Shown in pieces: positions 1 through 10,311 of a DNA stretch of 64,000 nt. The notes under the pieces were generated by a model. That model saw only the letters and a list, made by a program, of their open reading frames with translations, had not been told where the DNA came from and did not search any database. The first letter of the stretch is position 1, and each line of letters begins with the position of its first letter. The stretch is from contig CAWGED010000010.1 in NCBI GenBank assembly GCA_963821525.1, forward strand, positions 64,001-128,000, given 5' to 3'. Source of the stretch: an uncultured Gemmatimonadales bacterium. Its GTDB lineage: Bacteria; Gemmatimonadota; Gemmatimonadetes; Gemmatimonadales; GWC2-71-9. The position numbers and the translations under genes were made by a program.

Positions 1-104
1 TGATCGCCGCGAATACCCGCCCCTTCGCCGGTCAGATCTCGGTGCGCCCCACCCTCCTGCTTCAGGTGATGCCGGAGGCGGGCCCGGACGGAGCAGGTCC
101 CTGA
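1..104 (+). CDS. 3' end of an upstream gene (partial, unknown product)
   Basis: Open frame ...IAANTRPFAGQISVRPTLLLQVMPEAGPDGAGP* ending TGA at 102-104. Confidence 0.4.
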   Translation, partial: IAANTRPFAGQISVRPTLLLQVMPEAGPDGAGP

Positions 105-171
105 AGCGATTCGCAGGGAAGCCGGTCGCTGACTGGGCTGCGGTGTTGGGCGACGTGATGCACTTCGATCT

Positions 172-814
172 ATGACGTGCCACTGCGAAGCCACCGATCA
201 ACATTTCGGGCCCGTCCGAGCCCAGGAGGACCTGGCGGCCTACCGGCGGCGCGGGGCTACCGGCACGGCTCGACGGCTTCGTTCGCCTGGTGGGCGACTG
301 CCAGGTGCAGGCCGAGACCCTGCTCGACATCGGAGCGGGCGTGGGGATCCTGCATCATGAGCTCCTGGCCCGAGGAGTCGGCACCGCAATGCACGTGGAA
401 GCCAGTCGCGCATTTGTGCAGGCCGCGCAGGATGAGACTGGGAGACGGGGACAGGGCGGGCGGGTGACATTTCTGCACGGGGATTTTCTGGCTCTGGCTC
501 CCACGATCCCGGCGGCGGATCTGGTAACGCTTGATCGGGTGCTCTGCTGCTATCACGAGCTCGACCCGTTGTTGCTGACCTCCGCGGCGCGCAGCCGGCG
601 CTACTGGGCGGCCAGCTTTCCCCGGGATCGCTGGTACGTCCACCTGTATACTCGCTGGGAGAACCGCCGCAGGGCACGCAACGGGGACGCGTTTCGAACC
701 TTCGTTCACCCGGTTACGCGAATTTACCAATTGCTGGCTCAGGCCGGGCTGCGTCCGCTCCGCGTCTCTCGGCGCCCGGTCTGGGAGACCGTGCTCTGCA
801 TCCGGGAGAGCTAG
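172..814 (+). CDS. Class I SAM-dependent methyltransferase (one frameshift near 280)
   Basis: MTCHCEATDQHF... joins the frame with motif I LLDIGAGVG, GDF and DRVLCCY. Confidence 0.75.
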
Positions 815-931
815 GCGACGCGGGCCGGATCGACGTGGACGGCCACGGGGGATGAGGTCCCGGAACTTCCGCCCGTTCGATCCGTACAAGAGGGTGGCCG
901 CTCACACCGAATCCCCCTCAAGGAGAGCCCT

Positions 932-1522
932 ATGACCGCCTCACCGAGTCGGTTCTCGGTGCCAGCCCTGGCCGTGATGGCGGGCCTGGCCAGTTTCGTC
1001 GCCACTCCACTCGCTGCCCAGGCGGTCAGTAACACGGCCGAGTTCGAGGCCTGGCGCAAGGTCCAGAAGGAAGACATCGACGGACTGAGGGAAAAGTTCA
1101 TGGCGCTGGCCAAGGCAGTGCCGGCGGACAAGCTCAAGTGGAAGCCGATGGAGGGAACCCGGTCGTTCCACGACGTGTTCGCCCACATCGCCGCCGAGGG
1201 GAATACCGAGACGGCGATGTTCGGGAAGCCCCTACCTGCCGGCTCCCTCGCCGACTTCGACGCCGAGGAAGCACGGCTCGGCAAACTCTCGGATGATCAG
1301 CTGATCGCGGTGATGGACAAGTCGATGCAGAGCCTGAGCGCCACCCTGGCCGGGCTGTCGCTCGACAAGATGAACACGCCGATCACCTACTACGGCCAGT
1401 CCACCCTGCCCCGCGTCGCGACCACCTACACGCTGAACGATCTGCACGAGCACCTGGGCCAGCTGGTGTCGTACGCGCGGATGAACCAGATCGTGCCGCC
1501 GTGGAGCAAGAAACCCGGGTGA
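932..1522 (+). CDS. DinB family protein with signal peptide
   Basis: AAGGAG RBS; signal peptide; WKP..GTRSFHDVFAHIA and HEHLGQLVSYARM motifs. Confidence 0.85.
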   Translation: MTASPSRFSVPALAVMAGLASFVATPLAAQAVSNTAEFEAWRKVQKEDIDGLREKFMALAKAVPADKLKWKPMEGTRSFHDVFAHIAAEGNTETAMFGKPLPAGSLADFDAEEARLGKLSDDQLIAVMDKSMQSLSATLAGLSLDKMNTPITYYGQSTLPRVATTYTLNDLHEHLGQLVSYARMNQIVPPWSKKPG

Positions 1523-2013
1523 GGTGGGGCGAGCCTCTTGCGATTGGTCTTGGCGCCACCCTGCTGATGGACCTCTGGAACCTGTTCTTGAAGCGCGCCT
1601 TCAGCATTCCGTCACTCAACTACTGCATGCTCGGGCGCTGGGTCAGCCACCTGCCGTCGGGCACTTTCAGGCATGTGAGTATTGGCGCCGCCCCGCAAAA
1701 GCCCCACGAATGTGCGGTCGGCTGGGTTGCCCACTACAGCATTGGCATCGTGCTCGCCCTCGTCTTTGTCCTGATCGTTTCCGGTGAATGGCTCGCCCGG
1801 CCAACGGCCCTCCCCGCCCTGCTCTTCGGCATCGCCACCGTGGTCCTTCCGTTTTTCATCCTGCAACCTTCGCTAGGACTCGGCATCGCCTCGTCGCGAT
1901 CCCCCAATCCGACACAGGCCAGGCTCAAAAGCCTCGTGACCCACACCGTGTTCGGTGTCGGACTCTATGTTTGCGCCCTCGTCGTGAGCTACCTGCTGCG
2001 TGCGGCTGCTTAG
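1519..2013 (+). CDS. DUF2938 family membrane protein
   Basis: GLGATLLMDLW, NYCMLGRW, GWVAHYSIG, LVTHTVFGVGLY; GTGA overlap with upstream stop. Confidence 0.8.
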   Translation: MRWGEPLAIGLGATLLMDLWNLFLKRAFSIPSLNYCMLGRWVSHLPSGTFRHVSIGAAPQKPHECAVGWVAHYSIGIVLALVFVLIVSGEWLARPTALPALLFGIATVVLPFFILQPSLGLGIASSRSPNPTQARLKSLVTHTVFGVGLYVCALVVSYLLRAAA

Positions 2014-2084
2014 CCATGGGCCGCTGCGAGTCTCGACCTCGAATACCCGAGGGGGTGTGTGAAGAACCGTTCTAAAGGATTCCC

Positions 2085-2405
2085 ATGAGATCACTCGACT
2101 TTGCAACCGTGACGCCACGTGAGATCGCGCCAGGCTACCTCGGCCGCTACCTCCACTCGGACCATATTACGCAAGGCCGAGTTGACATCGCTCCGGGCGC
2201 CGTCGTCCCCGAGCACTCCCATCCGCACGAGCAATGGACCCTGCTGCTCACCGGCTCCCTCGAACTTACGGTCTCCGGCGTCCCCCACGTCTTGCGACCG
2301 GGGCAGATGCTCTACATCGCACCGCATGAGCGCCATTCGGCGCGCGCCCTCAAGGCTTCCGTGGTCCTCGATGTGTTCCATCCGCCTCGGGATGACTACC
2401 GGTGA
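2085..2405 (+). CDS. Cupin domain protein
   Basis: PEHSHPHEQ and H..DVFHPPRDDY motifs. Confidence 0.85.
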   Translation: MRSLDFATVTPREIAPGYLGRYLHSDHITQGRVDIAPGAVVPEHSHPHEQWTLLLTGSLELTVSGVPHVLRPGQMLYIAPHERHSARALKASVVLDVFHPPRDDYR

Positions 2406-2419
2406 GGCACGATCTGATC

Positions 2420-3055
2420 GGCCGCGGATGAACGCGGATAACAACGCAGAACTGTGCAAATGTTTCCGTGGGATCCCTAAGGATCTGACAGACCCTTATT
2501 TCTGTGTTCATCTGCGTTTATCTGCGGCCCTGCCGGCTTCAGCGAGTAGAAGGCGGCGGATGTCGCGCACCAGATCTACAAGAAGTGGCCTGCGGACTGA
2601 TTCAGCCGCAGAAGAACGCAGATAAACGCAGAACTGGTGCAAGTGCATTTGGGTAAATCGCCGGAGGACTAACAAACCTATATCTGCGTTCTATCCGCGG
2701 CCTCTGCCGACTTCAGCGAGTGGAAGACCGTAGGATATCGCCTGCGGCCCGATTCAGCCGCAGAAGAACGCAGATAAACGCAGAACTGGTGCAGGTGCAT
2801 TTGGCGTAAATCGCCTGATGACTAAGAAACCCTATATCTGCGTTCATCCGCGTTTATCCGCGGCCTCTGTGTGGTTCCTGCGCAGCCTTGGCCCGCTCCG
2901 TAAGATTTAGCCGCTGCAGGACGCAAATAAACACAGAGCTGTTTCCCAGTTGGCCTGGCTAAGTCCCAAGTGAAATTGGTAGGTCCCGTTTCAGTTTGAG
3001 TCTCCGCAGGTCTATGAATCCTTTTTTCTGCGTTCATCTGCGTTTATCTGCGGCC
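2420..3055. repeat. Array of four palindromic REP/REPIN-like elements with 9-bp periodic arms
   Basis: Left arm (GATTCA)GCCGCAGAAGAACGCAGATAAACGCAGAA and right arm TCTGCGTTCATCTGCGTTTATCTGCGGCC; units at about 2420-2529, 2599-2702, 2751-2865, 2904-3055. Confidence 0.9.
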
Positions 3056-3056
3056 T

Positions 3057-4732
3057 ATGACTACTTCCTCGCCACTCCACTTAGACTTTCGACCGCCGAC
3101 CCGGGCGTGGTCCCAGGCAATCGGTCTGTTCGCCGCCTTTCTTGGAACCTTCGCCGGGGGAGCAGCAGGCCAGGTCCAGCCGCACGCCGGCCATCCCCTG
3201 GGCACGGTTCACTTCCCCATCAGCTGCTCGGAACCGGCTCAAGTGGAGTTCGACCGGGCGGTCGCCCTCCTGCATCACATGACGTATCCCCAGGCGCGCG
3301 AAGGATTCGAGCGGGTCGCCACCATCGATTCGAAATGCGCGATGGCGTATTGGGGAGTTGCGATGACCCTGTTCCAGCCGCTCTGGCCTACGAGGCCGCG
3401 ACCCGAAGCGCTGCAGCGTGGGTGGGACGCCGTGCTGAAGGCCAAGACCCTGGCACCGCCGACGGAACGGGAACAGCTCTTCGTCGCCGCGGCGGAGGCC
3501 TTCTTCCTCGAACCGGCGTCTACCGATTATTGGCTCCGCATCCGGCGGTGGAAACAGGCGATGGAGAAGGTCTACTCGTCCTTCCCCGACGATCCCGAAG
3601 CCGCATCGTTTTACGCTCTGGCGCTTCTGGCCACGACCCCCTCGGATTCGAGTCCTCGCGCGCATGCTGACCAGGCCGCCCAAATTCTCCTCGGTGTCTA
3701 CGAGAAGAATCCGGACCACCCGGGTGCCATGCACTACCTGGTTCACGCCAACGATGTCCCGGGCCGCGAACGGGAATCACTGGAGATCACGGAGAAGTAC
3801 GAAGCCGCCGCACCGAGCAATCCACACGCGCTCCATATGCCGACGCATATCTATACCCGACTCGGCGACTGGAATGGCGTAATCCGGGGGAACCTGCGGG
3901 CAGCAGAGGCGGCATTACAGTATCCGGCGGGAGACCAGGGGAATTCGTCTGGGACGAGTTTCCCCACGCGATCGAGTATCTCGTCTATGCCTATCTCCAG
4001 AAAGGCGCGGACGACAGAGCCGCCACGCAGTTGAACCGGCTGCGCGCAACGGCCCGATTGGAACCCACCTTCAAGACCGCTTTTCACCTCGCGTCTACAC
4101 AGGCCCGTTACGCCTTGGAGCGTCGCGCCTGGAACGAGGCTGTGTTGCTGGTTCCCCGGGAGCCTGCTACCCTCGACTGGGATCGTTTCACCTGGCCGGA
4201 AGCCATCGTGCGATTCGCGCGGGGCCTGGGCGCGGCGCATCTGGGGAGAGTCAACGGAGCCAGAGCAGAGGTAGAGCGGCTGAACCAACTCGACGAGGCA
4301 ACCCAGAAGACGGGAGAAGACCTGTTTGCGCGGAACATCCGAATGCTCCGGCTCGAGTTGAGCGCATGGATTGCCCACGCGGAGCGACAGGAGGACTCGA
4401 GCGTTGCGCTGATGCGGGAGGCGGCCGAGCTTGAGGTCTCGACCCCGAAGCCCGCCGTAACTCCGGCACCCACCCTTCCCGCCCACGAGCTGTTGGGGGA
4501 CCTTTTGATGGAGCAGAAGCACCCGGCGGAAGCGCTCGCGGCGTACCAGCGTTCGATGGAACTCTATCCCAGGCGTTTCAACAGCCTGCTGGGCGCCGCT
4601 CGGGCAGCACGCGCACTCGGTGACGAAGCCCAGGCGCGTACGTTCTACGGCGAGCTTCTCGAAGTTGCGGATAGCGGAACTCGGCAGCCGGCCCTGAAGG
4701 AGGCACAGGACTATGTGGCAAAACGGCAATGA
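3057..4732 (+). CDS. Secreted TPR-like repeat protein (frameshift in G-run near 3940)
   Basis: Signal peptide; GTVHFPISC, PDHPGAMHYLVHA, HALHMPTHIY; other frame continues EFVWDEFPHAIEYLVYAYLQ to stop at 4732. Confidence 0.8.
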
Positions 4733-6152
4733 TCGAGGCGTCTGGAGCTTCTTTTCCCCGGGCCTGGCTCTCCTCCTGATTCTGGCCGCAACGCTTGCTC
4801 CGGCCCGAAGCCTCATGGCCCAAGGCGAGCGTCAGATCGACGGACATTGGTCCTGTCAAACCATCCAGGCCAACAACACGATGTACGTCTCCGCAGTATG
4901 GGACGACAACGCGTGGCCGGATCAGGTCAGGACGGCCTGGCTTCAGTACCTCATCTCCAAGTACCAGTTCAAGGGCGATCCCTCCTGCAGCGTCGCCTAC
5001 AAGTCCGGCTCGACCCTCGAAAAAATTCAGGGGGATCAGAAGAGCTACTCCGCTCAGTTGCGGGCCCAAGGTGTCAAGGTCATCGAGACCGGGTGGACTT
5101 TCGTTCCCGCGAAGGTCAGCCTGCCCTATTACTGCTTTGGGGCGGTGATGGTGCGGAACGGCGGCCAGCAACAGGGCTACTTCTATATGACGAAGGTGCT
5201 GGGAATGTCTCCCAACTCGCTGGACCAGCTGGGCGCCGCATGGGCCAAGCATGCCGAGGAGTTGCACCCCGGCCTCTACTGGGAGCCGCGGCCTGGTTGC
5301 AGCCTGCTGCCCGCCGACCCGGCGAAGCAGCAGGCCACGTTCGACGAGTGGGTCAAGCAGTGGACCGACAAGAAGTACGAAATCGTTCGAGATGACTGGA
5401 CCTACACCGGCCCGGTTGTCGCCACGGCGGCCGACTCGGCAACGGGCTACTACTGCCAGCTCCTCTCGGGCAAGCTCCTCTACATCACCGGCGTGAACCT
5501 GCTGGAAGAGCCGGAAGCAACCTACGACTGGCAGGGCTATCGCGCAGCATGGTACAACTACGCCCGCAACACCCTCAAGATCGACCCCGGCGCCTTCCTC
5601 GGCGGTTGTGATACGGGGAAGATGCCGGTAGCGCAACATGCCAGGGCCGCCCGCGTCGCGGACATCAAGGGCCAAGCGGGGGGCGAGGTCCACGAGGTAA
5701 ACTGGAAATACACCAAGAGCCAGACGACCGCTCCGGCTCCTGCTAGTGCCGCAGCTCCCGCGGCCGCCGCAGCTCCCGTAGCCGCAGCATCGCCTGTAGC
5801 CGCCAAGCCTCCCACGACACAGCCTGCGGCGCCCACTGCTCCGGCCGCTGCACCGCCCAAGCCGCAGCAGTTCTACTACTGCCAATGGATCCGGCAGCCG
5901 GCAAACGGCCAGGGCGCGATGACCTTCTACCTCACCGACGCGTTCGGCAGCACTACCCCGCAGGCCACCATCACTCAGAAGTGGCAGCAGCACGTCACCG
6001 CCACCTACCACCCGGAAGGCTCGGTCCAGGGCTCGGCGCTTTGCAGCCATGTCTCGCCGGATCCGGCGTCACAGAAGGCGGTGATCGGCGCCATCGTCAA
6101 CGCCGCTAAGGCGAGCAAGGCGTCGGTCGTCAGCGACAAGTGGAGCAACTGA
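4713..6152 (+). CDS. Secreted hypothetical protein with four diverged ~90-aa Cys-pair repeats and an Ala/Pro linker
   Basis: 479-aa ORF with signal peptide; repeated YYC...YxT...AW...C...W pattern; start codon uncertain. Confidence 0.75.
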   Translation: MWQNGNDRGVWSFFSPGLALLLILAATLAPARSLMAQGERQIDGHWSCQTIQANNTMYVSAVWDDNAWPDQVRTAWLQYLISKYQFKGDPSCSVAYKSGSTLEKIQGDQKSYSAQLRAQGVKVIETGWTFVPAKVSLPYYCFGAVMVRNGGQQQGYFYMTKVLGMSPNSLDQLGAAWAKHAEELHPGLYWEPRPGCSLLPADPAKQQATFDEWVKQWTDKKYEIVRDDWTYTGPVVATAADSATGYYCQLLSGKLLYITGVNLLEEPEATYDWQGYRAAWYNYARNTLKIDPGAFLGGCDTGKMPVAQHARAARVADIKGQAGGEVHEVNWKYTKSQTTAPAPASAAAPAAAAAPVAAASPVAAKPPTTQPAAPTAPAAAPPKPQQFYYCQWIRQPANGQGAMTFYLTDAFGSTTPQATITQKWQQHVTATYHPEGSVQGSALCSHVSPDPASQKAVIGAIVNAAKASKASVVSDKWSN

Positions 6153-6211
6153 GAAATGAGAAAGGGCCCCGCATCGCCCACCAAGGGCTCGGTTGATCGC
6201 ACCGCCGGGCT

Positions 6212-6238
6212 TGTCGATTTCCCCGATCCCGGTTCGAC
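6212..6238 (+). promoter_or_regulatory. Putative ECF42-type promoter (TGTCGA-N17-CGAC)
   Basis: TGTCGA tttccccgatcccggtt CGAC upstream of a DGPF/YciI gene, the known ECF42 target class. Confidence 0.65.
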
Positions 6239-6339
6239 GTCTCATTGAAGGCGAGCTCATCCCTCGCGGCAACTCGGCCGGGTCGGGATAGCCAATTTCA
6301 ACAAGGGCAACACCTTGCCGCTACCCTGGGAGACGACAG

Positions 6340-6699
6340 ATGAAGGTCCTCATGATGATCAAACATTCTGAAAACGTTCGCTCGGAGCCAATCCCTCAGG
6401 CGCTGATGGACGCCATGGGCAAGTTCGTGGAGGACGGCTTCAAGAGCGGTGTGCTCAAGGACACGGCCGGACTCAAGCCCACTGCGGAGGCGTTCCGGAT
6501 TCGCTTGAGTGGCGGCAAGCTGAAGGTGACCGATGGTCCCTTCACCGAGGCCAAGGAAGTCGTGGGTGGTTACGCAATTGTCGAGGTGAAGTCGCGGGAC
6601 GAAGCGCTGAAAATCGCGCGCGATTTCATGGAGCTCCACCGGGTGCACTGGCCGACCTTCGAGGGCGAGTCCGAGGTGCGGCCGCTGGAGGATTACTAG
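6340..6699 (+). CDS. YciI/DGPF family protein
   Basis: VTDGPFTEAKEVVGGY and EVRPL motifs. Confidence 0.9.
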   Translation: MKVLMMIKHSENVRSEPIPQALMDAMGKFVEDGFKSGVLKDTAGLKPTAEAFRIRLSGGKLKVTDGPFTEAKEVVGGYAIVEVKSRDEALKIARDFMELHRVHWPTFEGESEVRPLEDY

Positions 6700-6826
6700 C
6701 CAGCCTGGCTAGCCGGCCGGCGTCTGTGCGCCGGCTGGCACCACCAGCCATGCCCCGGTAGGTTCTGCGAGCCGCGCCGGCGGACTCCTCAACCGATACG
6801 GTGATTCATGAGAACTCATCTCCGCC

Positions 6827-7240
6827 ATGACTTCAGCCGAGCTCACCGACTTCGCCACCCGTTACACGGCCGCCTGGTGCAGTCACGAGCCCGCGCGCGT
6901 CGCCGCCTTCTTCGCCGAGCAGGGCTCGCTCACCATCAATCATGGTGCCCCGTCGGTTGGGCGAGCAGCCATCACCGCGGCGGCACAGGGATTCATGAGC
7001 GCGTTCCCCGACATGGTCGTCATCATGGATAGCCTCGAGACGACCGGTGCCATGATCCGCTACCACTGGACTCTGACGGGTACCAACACCGGACCGGGCG
7101 GCACCGGCCGGCCGGTACATATCAGCGGCTACGAGGAATGGACCTTCGGGCCCGATGGGCTGATTGGCCGCTCGCTGGGCCACTTCGACGAGGCGGAGTA
7201 CCAGCGTCAGATTCAGGGGACGGCAGAGCCGACGTCCTAG
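6827..7240 (+). CDS. SnoaL-like / NTF2-fold (ester cyclase) protein
   Basis: YTAAWCSH, AFPD, WTLTGTNTGPGGTG, GHFD. Confidence 0.85.
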   Translation: MTSAELTDFATRYTAAWCSHEPARVAAFFAEQGSLTINHGAPSVGRAAITAAAQGFMSAFPDMVVIMDSLETTGAMIRYHWTLTGTNTGPGGTGRPVHISGYEEWTFGPDGLIGRSLGHFDEAEYQRQIQGTAEPTS

Positions 7241-7253
7241 GCGATCCTCACCT

Positions 7254-7826
7254 ATGAGCCGAGCCGGCCGCATCATCGGCGTTCTCATCATCCTCCAAAT
7301 GGTGGGCAGCGGCCTCGTGAACTTCGCCCTCCGGGACCCCGCCCCGCACTCCCGTCAAATGGGGCTGGCTGTACTCCTGGGCCTGGTGACTACAGCAATG
7401 CTGGTCGGCGTCGCGGTGACAGCGTTCCCGATTCTTTGGCCACGTTCCCAAACGATGGCTCTCTGGATTCTTTCGCTGGCCGTGGTGAGCCTGGCGGTCA
7501 CCGTCATGGAGAACTTCGCCCTGCTCTCCTCGACGTCCCCGAGCGATGCTAAGGACTGGGCCCACTACCTGGCCAAGATGCTCGACGGCGTTACGAACCT
7601 GGTCTTCTATGCTGCGCTGTACCGGTTCGTGCTGGTCCCGCGGGTCCTCGCGGGCTTCGGTCTGATCGCCGCGCCTCTGATGATCGCGTCACTGGCGATG
7701 CCCCTCTTCGGCCATGATGTGATGTTTCCACTGCTGGCACCGATGGGACTGAGCCAGCTGATTCTGGCGCTGTGGCTGGTGACGAAGGGGTTTCCGCAGG
7801 CGGAGACCGACGTACCGGGGACGTGA
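7254..7826 (+). CDS. DUF4386-like membrane protein
   Basis: Several TM helices; LVPRVLAGFG and LALWLVTKGF. Confidence 0.65.
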   Translation: MSRAGRIIGVLIILQMVGSGLVNFALRDPAPHSRQMGLAVLLGLVTTAMLVGVAVTAFPILWPRSQTMALWILSLAVVSLAVTVMENFALLSSTSPSDAKDWAHYLAKMLDGVTNLVFYAALYRFVLVPRVLAGFGLIAAPLMIASLAMPLFGHDVMFPLLAPMGLSQLILALWLVTKGFPQAETDVPGT

Positions 7827-7833
7827 GGTCATC

Positions 7834-8312
7834 ATGGGGATCTTATATCGCGAGGCTCGTGAAGCCGATGTTGGAGCAGCTCGCCCTTATCCGCGCCAGA
7901 GACTGGGGATCCGAGCAGTACTGGCGTGAGCGCATTCAGGGGTACATGAAAGGCACCCTCAACCCGCAGCAGTCTCTGGCCCCGCGCGTCGTCCTCGTCG
8001 CCTCACAGGATAGCCGAATCGTCGGATTTATCGCGGGCCATCTGACCTGGCGCTACGACTGTGACGGGCGAGGTCGAGTGGATCAACGTGATTCCGGAAG
8101 AACGTCGCACCGGAGTAGCCGGCGAGCTACTCCGCCTGCTGGCCTCATGGTTCGTTGGGCAGCAGGCCAAACGGATCTGCGTGGATGTGGATCCGGAGAA
8201 TGCGCCGGCCCGGGCCTTCTACCGAAGGCACGGAGCTCAGGATCTCAATCCGCATTGGCTGGTGTGGCCCGACATCACACTACTGGTGGCCGGGCCGGAA
8301 CCAGCTCAGTAG
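7834..8312 (+). CDS. GNAT acetyltransferase (frameshifts near 7871 and 8066)
   Basis: MGILYREAREADV + EQLALIRARDW...IVGFIAG + GEVEWINVIPEERRTGVA...NAPARAFYRRHG. Confidence 0.75.
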
Positions 8313-9451
8313 AGCTGGCTCCAGCTCCTTGAGCCCATTGCCTGAGCCGTGGCGGAGGCGTGCAGCGCGCGGGTGATGGCGCAGCGCGAGAAGGTCACCG
8401 TAGAGTTACCCGAAATGAGACTGCTATTGAGAACCGCGTCCTGGGCCATGAGTCCACCCACGATGTGGCCGCCGGTACCGGTACTGCTCACGCCCCCCTG
8501 GACGATGACTGGCCCGAAGAACTCGAATCCGCCGGCAATATCCAGGTCACCATTCACCAGGAGGATGCCCTGGCCATAGCCGCCGGTGATATGGAGGTTT
8601 CCCGGCGCGTAGATGATCGGGAAGTAGCCGAAGCAGGGACTGGTCGGAGTGACAGGGTCGCCCCAATTGAGGTTATCGGTGGTACGGCAGCTGAGGGGCG
8701 ACGCGTTTAGCGTCGGCCCTATGCCGTTGACCGTGCCCGATACCGTTTTGGTTGCCATGCTCGCCAACTGGGCGAAATTGAGATCGCCGAACTGGTTGAA
8801 GCTCCCGCTGGTGATCGTCGGGTCAGTCAGAACCGCCGGGCTACCCGTGATGCAAGACGCACCGCTGCAGGCCCCGAAGGTGGTCACGTTGCCGCTGGAG
8901 TCCCGGACGCCCGCCGCGGTGGCGCCAGGGGGCGGGCAGAGGCCGCCGGTCCAGTTGGGCGGCACCGAATCGTTGCCGCTTATCTCAGTCGATCCGCCGA
9001 TGTTGATGCCGACGCGGGTGGTGACCGCCGCGTTCATGTCAATCAGGGGGATGCTCAGTTTCAGCAGCTTGCCCAATTGCTGCCTGCTGATTACGGCCCC
9101 GGTCCGACTCAGGTGCCGGCCCTCGGAGCGCACCATGTAGGCGGCCTGGTTGATCCGGAGGACGTATGGGGTATAGGTGTTGGTGCCCCCAACCGTCACC
9201 GTGGGAAGGGTGATCTCGGAGCCGTTGGCCATGGTGTTGTACGTGCCCCCGTTCCACGCCGTCACCGTGGCGGCGAGCCCGGCTTCCGCCGCCTCGGACG
9301 CCTGGGCTCGGGCCATGAAATTGTCGCCAGTCCGCTGCTCCAACCGCCCCATGTAGAAGACACCGGCCAGAAGCGCGGCAATAATGACCAGCGCAAAGAG
9401 AGCCAGGGGCAGCGCCATGCCGCGCTGGTCCAATCGAGGCAATCGGGACAT
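8306..9451 (-). CDS. PilX-like minor pilin / pilus assembly protein
   Basis: Class III signal QRG|MALPLALF lacking Glu5; ASEAAEAGL; Gly-rich C-terminal beta region. Confidence 0.75.
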   Translation of the reverse strand: MSRLPRLDQRGMALPLALFALVIIAALLAGVFYMGRLEQRTGDNFMARAQASEAAEAGLAATVTAWNGGTYNTMANGSEITLPTVTVGGTNTYTPYVLRINQAAYMVRSEGRHLSRTGAVISRQQLGKLLKLSIPLIDMNAAVTTRVGINIGGSTEISGNDSVPPNWTGGLCPPPGATAAGVRDSSGNVTTFGACSGASCITGSPAVLTDPTITSGSFNQFGDLNFAQLASMATKTVSGTVNGIGPTLNASPLSCRTTDNLNWGDPVTPTSPCFGYFPIIYAPGNLHITGGYGQGILLVNGDLDIAGGFEFFGPVIVQGGVSSTGTGGHIVGGLMAQDAVLNSSLISGNSTVTFSRCAITRALHASATAQAMGSRSWSQLY

Positions 9452-9474
9452 CGGGACACTCCGGAAAGGAGAGG

Positions 9475-10308
9475 TCATGGCAGGGGAGAGTTACGGAGCG
9501 TGACCCACCGCACCAGGGTGTCCTGCACCGGCTGGACGGTGGCCGACGTCCCGCCGGCCCGCACTGCGCGATCGCTCTGGCCGCGCAGCGTGATGCTGAT
9601 GCTGCGGACCCGCGCCAGGGTACCGGTGACGTTCCCCAAGGAGTCGTAATAGGCGATCGAAAGACCGCCGGTCTGCAGCGGCCCGGCAACCGCCTGGAGC
9701 GCCTGGCCCGCGCTCACCGAGCGGGCGCCCAGATAGTCAACCCCACTCTGGGTCACCGGAGCAATCTCCATGGTTTCGAAGGTCCGTACCGGCGCCTCGA
9801 CCAGGACGTCCGCGTTGGACGCGCTGTCCAGCGACGTGCCCAGGGTGATGGCCCCCACCCCCCCGCCGCAGCTCCCGCCCGTCACCGAGGTGATCGGGAA
9901 TTCCCGCCACCGGTCGTCGCTCGAGATGTCCGGATCCTTCTCGACGAAGAGCAGCAGGTTGTCCTGGCCTGCCACCGGGAGCCGGGTGCCGTACAGCCGA
10001 TCGGTCCGGATCTTCACTTGCGAGCTGGTGACCGAGCAGGCAAAGCCCAGCGTGCGCATGGCCCGGTACGTCACCGACGAGGCGTTGGCAGTCACCAGAT
10101 CCACCGAGTCGACGTCGCTTCCCATCTCCTGCAGCTCGCTGGCCAGCACCTGAGTGCCGACCCGCACGTTGGACTGGAGCATCGCCTGCTCCACCTGGGT
10201 GACGGACAGGCGCTGCTGATTGCTGAGGAGTCGGATGAGCGCCGCTCCCACGATGCCCACGACCACCATCGCCACGAGCATTTCCACCAGTGTGAATCCG
10301 CGCCGCAT
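9475..10308 (-). CDS. PilW-like prepilin-type N-terminal cleavage/methylation protein
   Basis: MRRG|FTLVEMLVAM; C-terminal VTLRN. Confidence 0.85.
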   Translation of the reverse strand: MRRGFTLVEMLVAMVVVGIVGAALIRLLSNQQRLSVTQVEQAMLQSNVRVGTQVLASELQEMGSDVDSVDLVTANASSVTYRAMRTLGFACSVTSSQVKIRTDRLYGTRLPVAGQDNLLLFVEKDPDISSDDRWREFPITSVTGGSCGGGVGAITLGTSLDSASNADVLVEAPVRTFETMEIAPVTQSGVDYLGARSVSAGQALQAVAGPLQTGGLSIAYYDSLGNVTGTLARVRSISITLRGQSDRAVRAGGTSATVQPVQDTLVRWVTLRNSPLP

Positions 10309-10311
10309 AGG

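Noticed and set aside
2119..3037. ORFs containing MNADxRR / FCVHLRLSAA peptides (also 14364, 27046, 38884)
   Set aside because: These are translations of the 9-bp periodic repeat arms, not genes.
2420..3055. CRISPR array
   Set aside because: The repeats are inverted arm pairs, the inner segments are related to each other and of unequal length, and no cas genes are present.
3930..3950. Programmed frameshifting or phase variation at split genes
   Set aside because: There are no slippery heptamers or long SSRs, and indels are scattered across unrelated genes.
5730..5860. GCCGCAGCTCCC-type short repeats
   Set aside because: They encode the Ala/Pro linker of the secreted protein, not an independent element.
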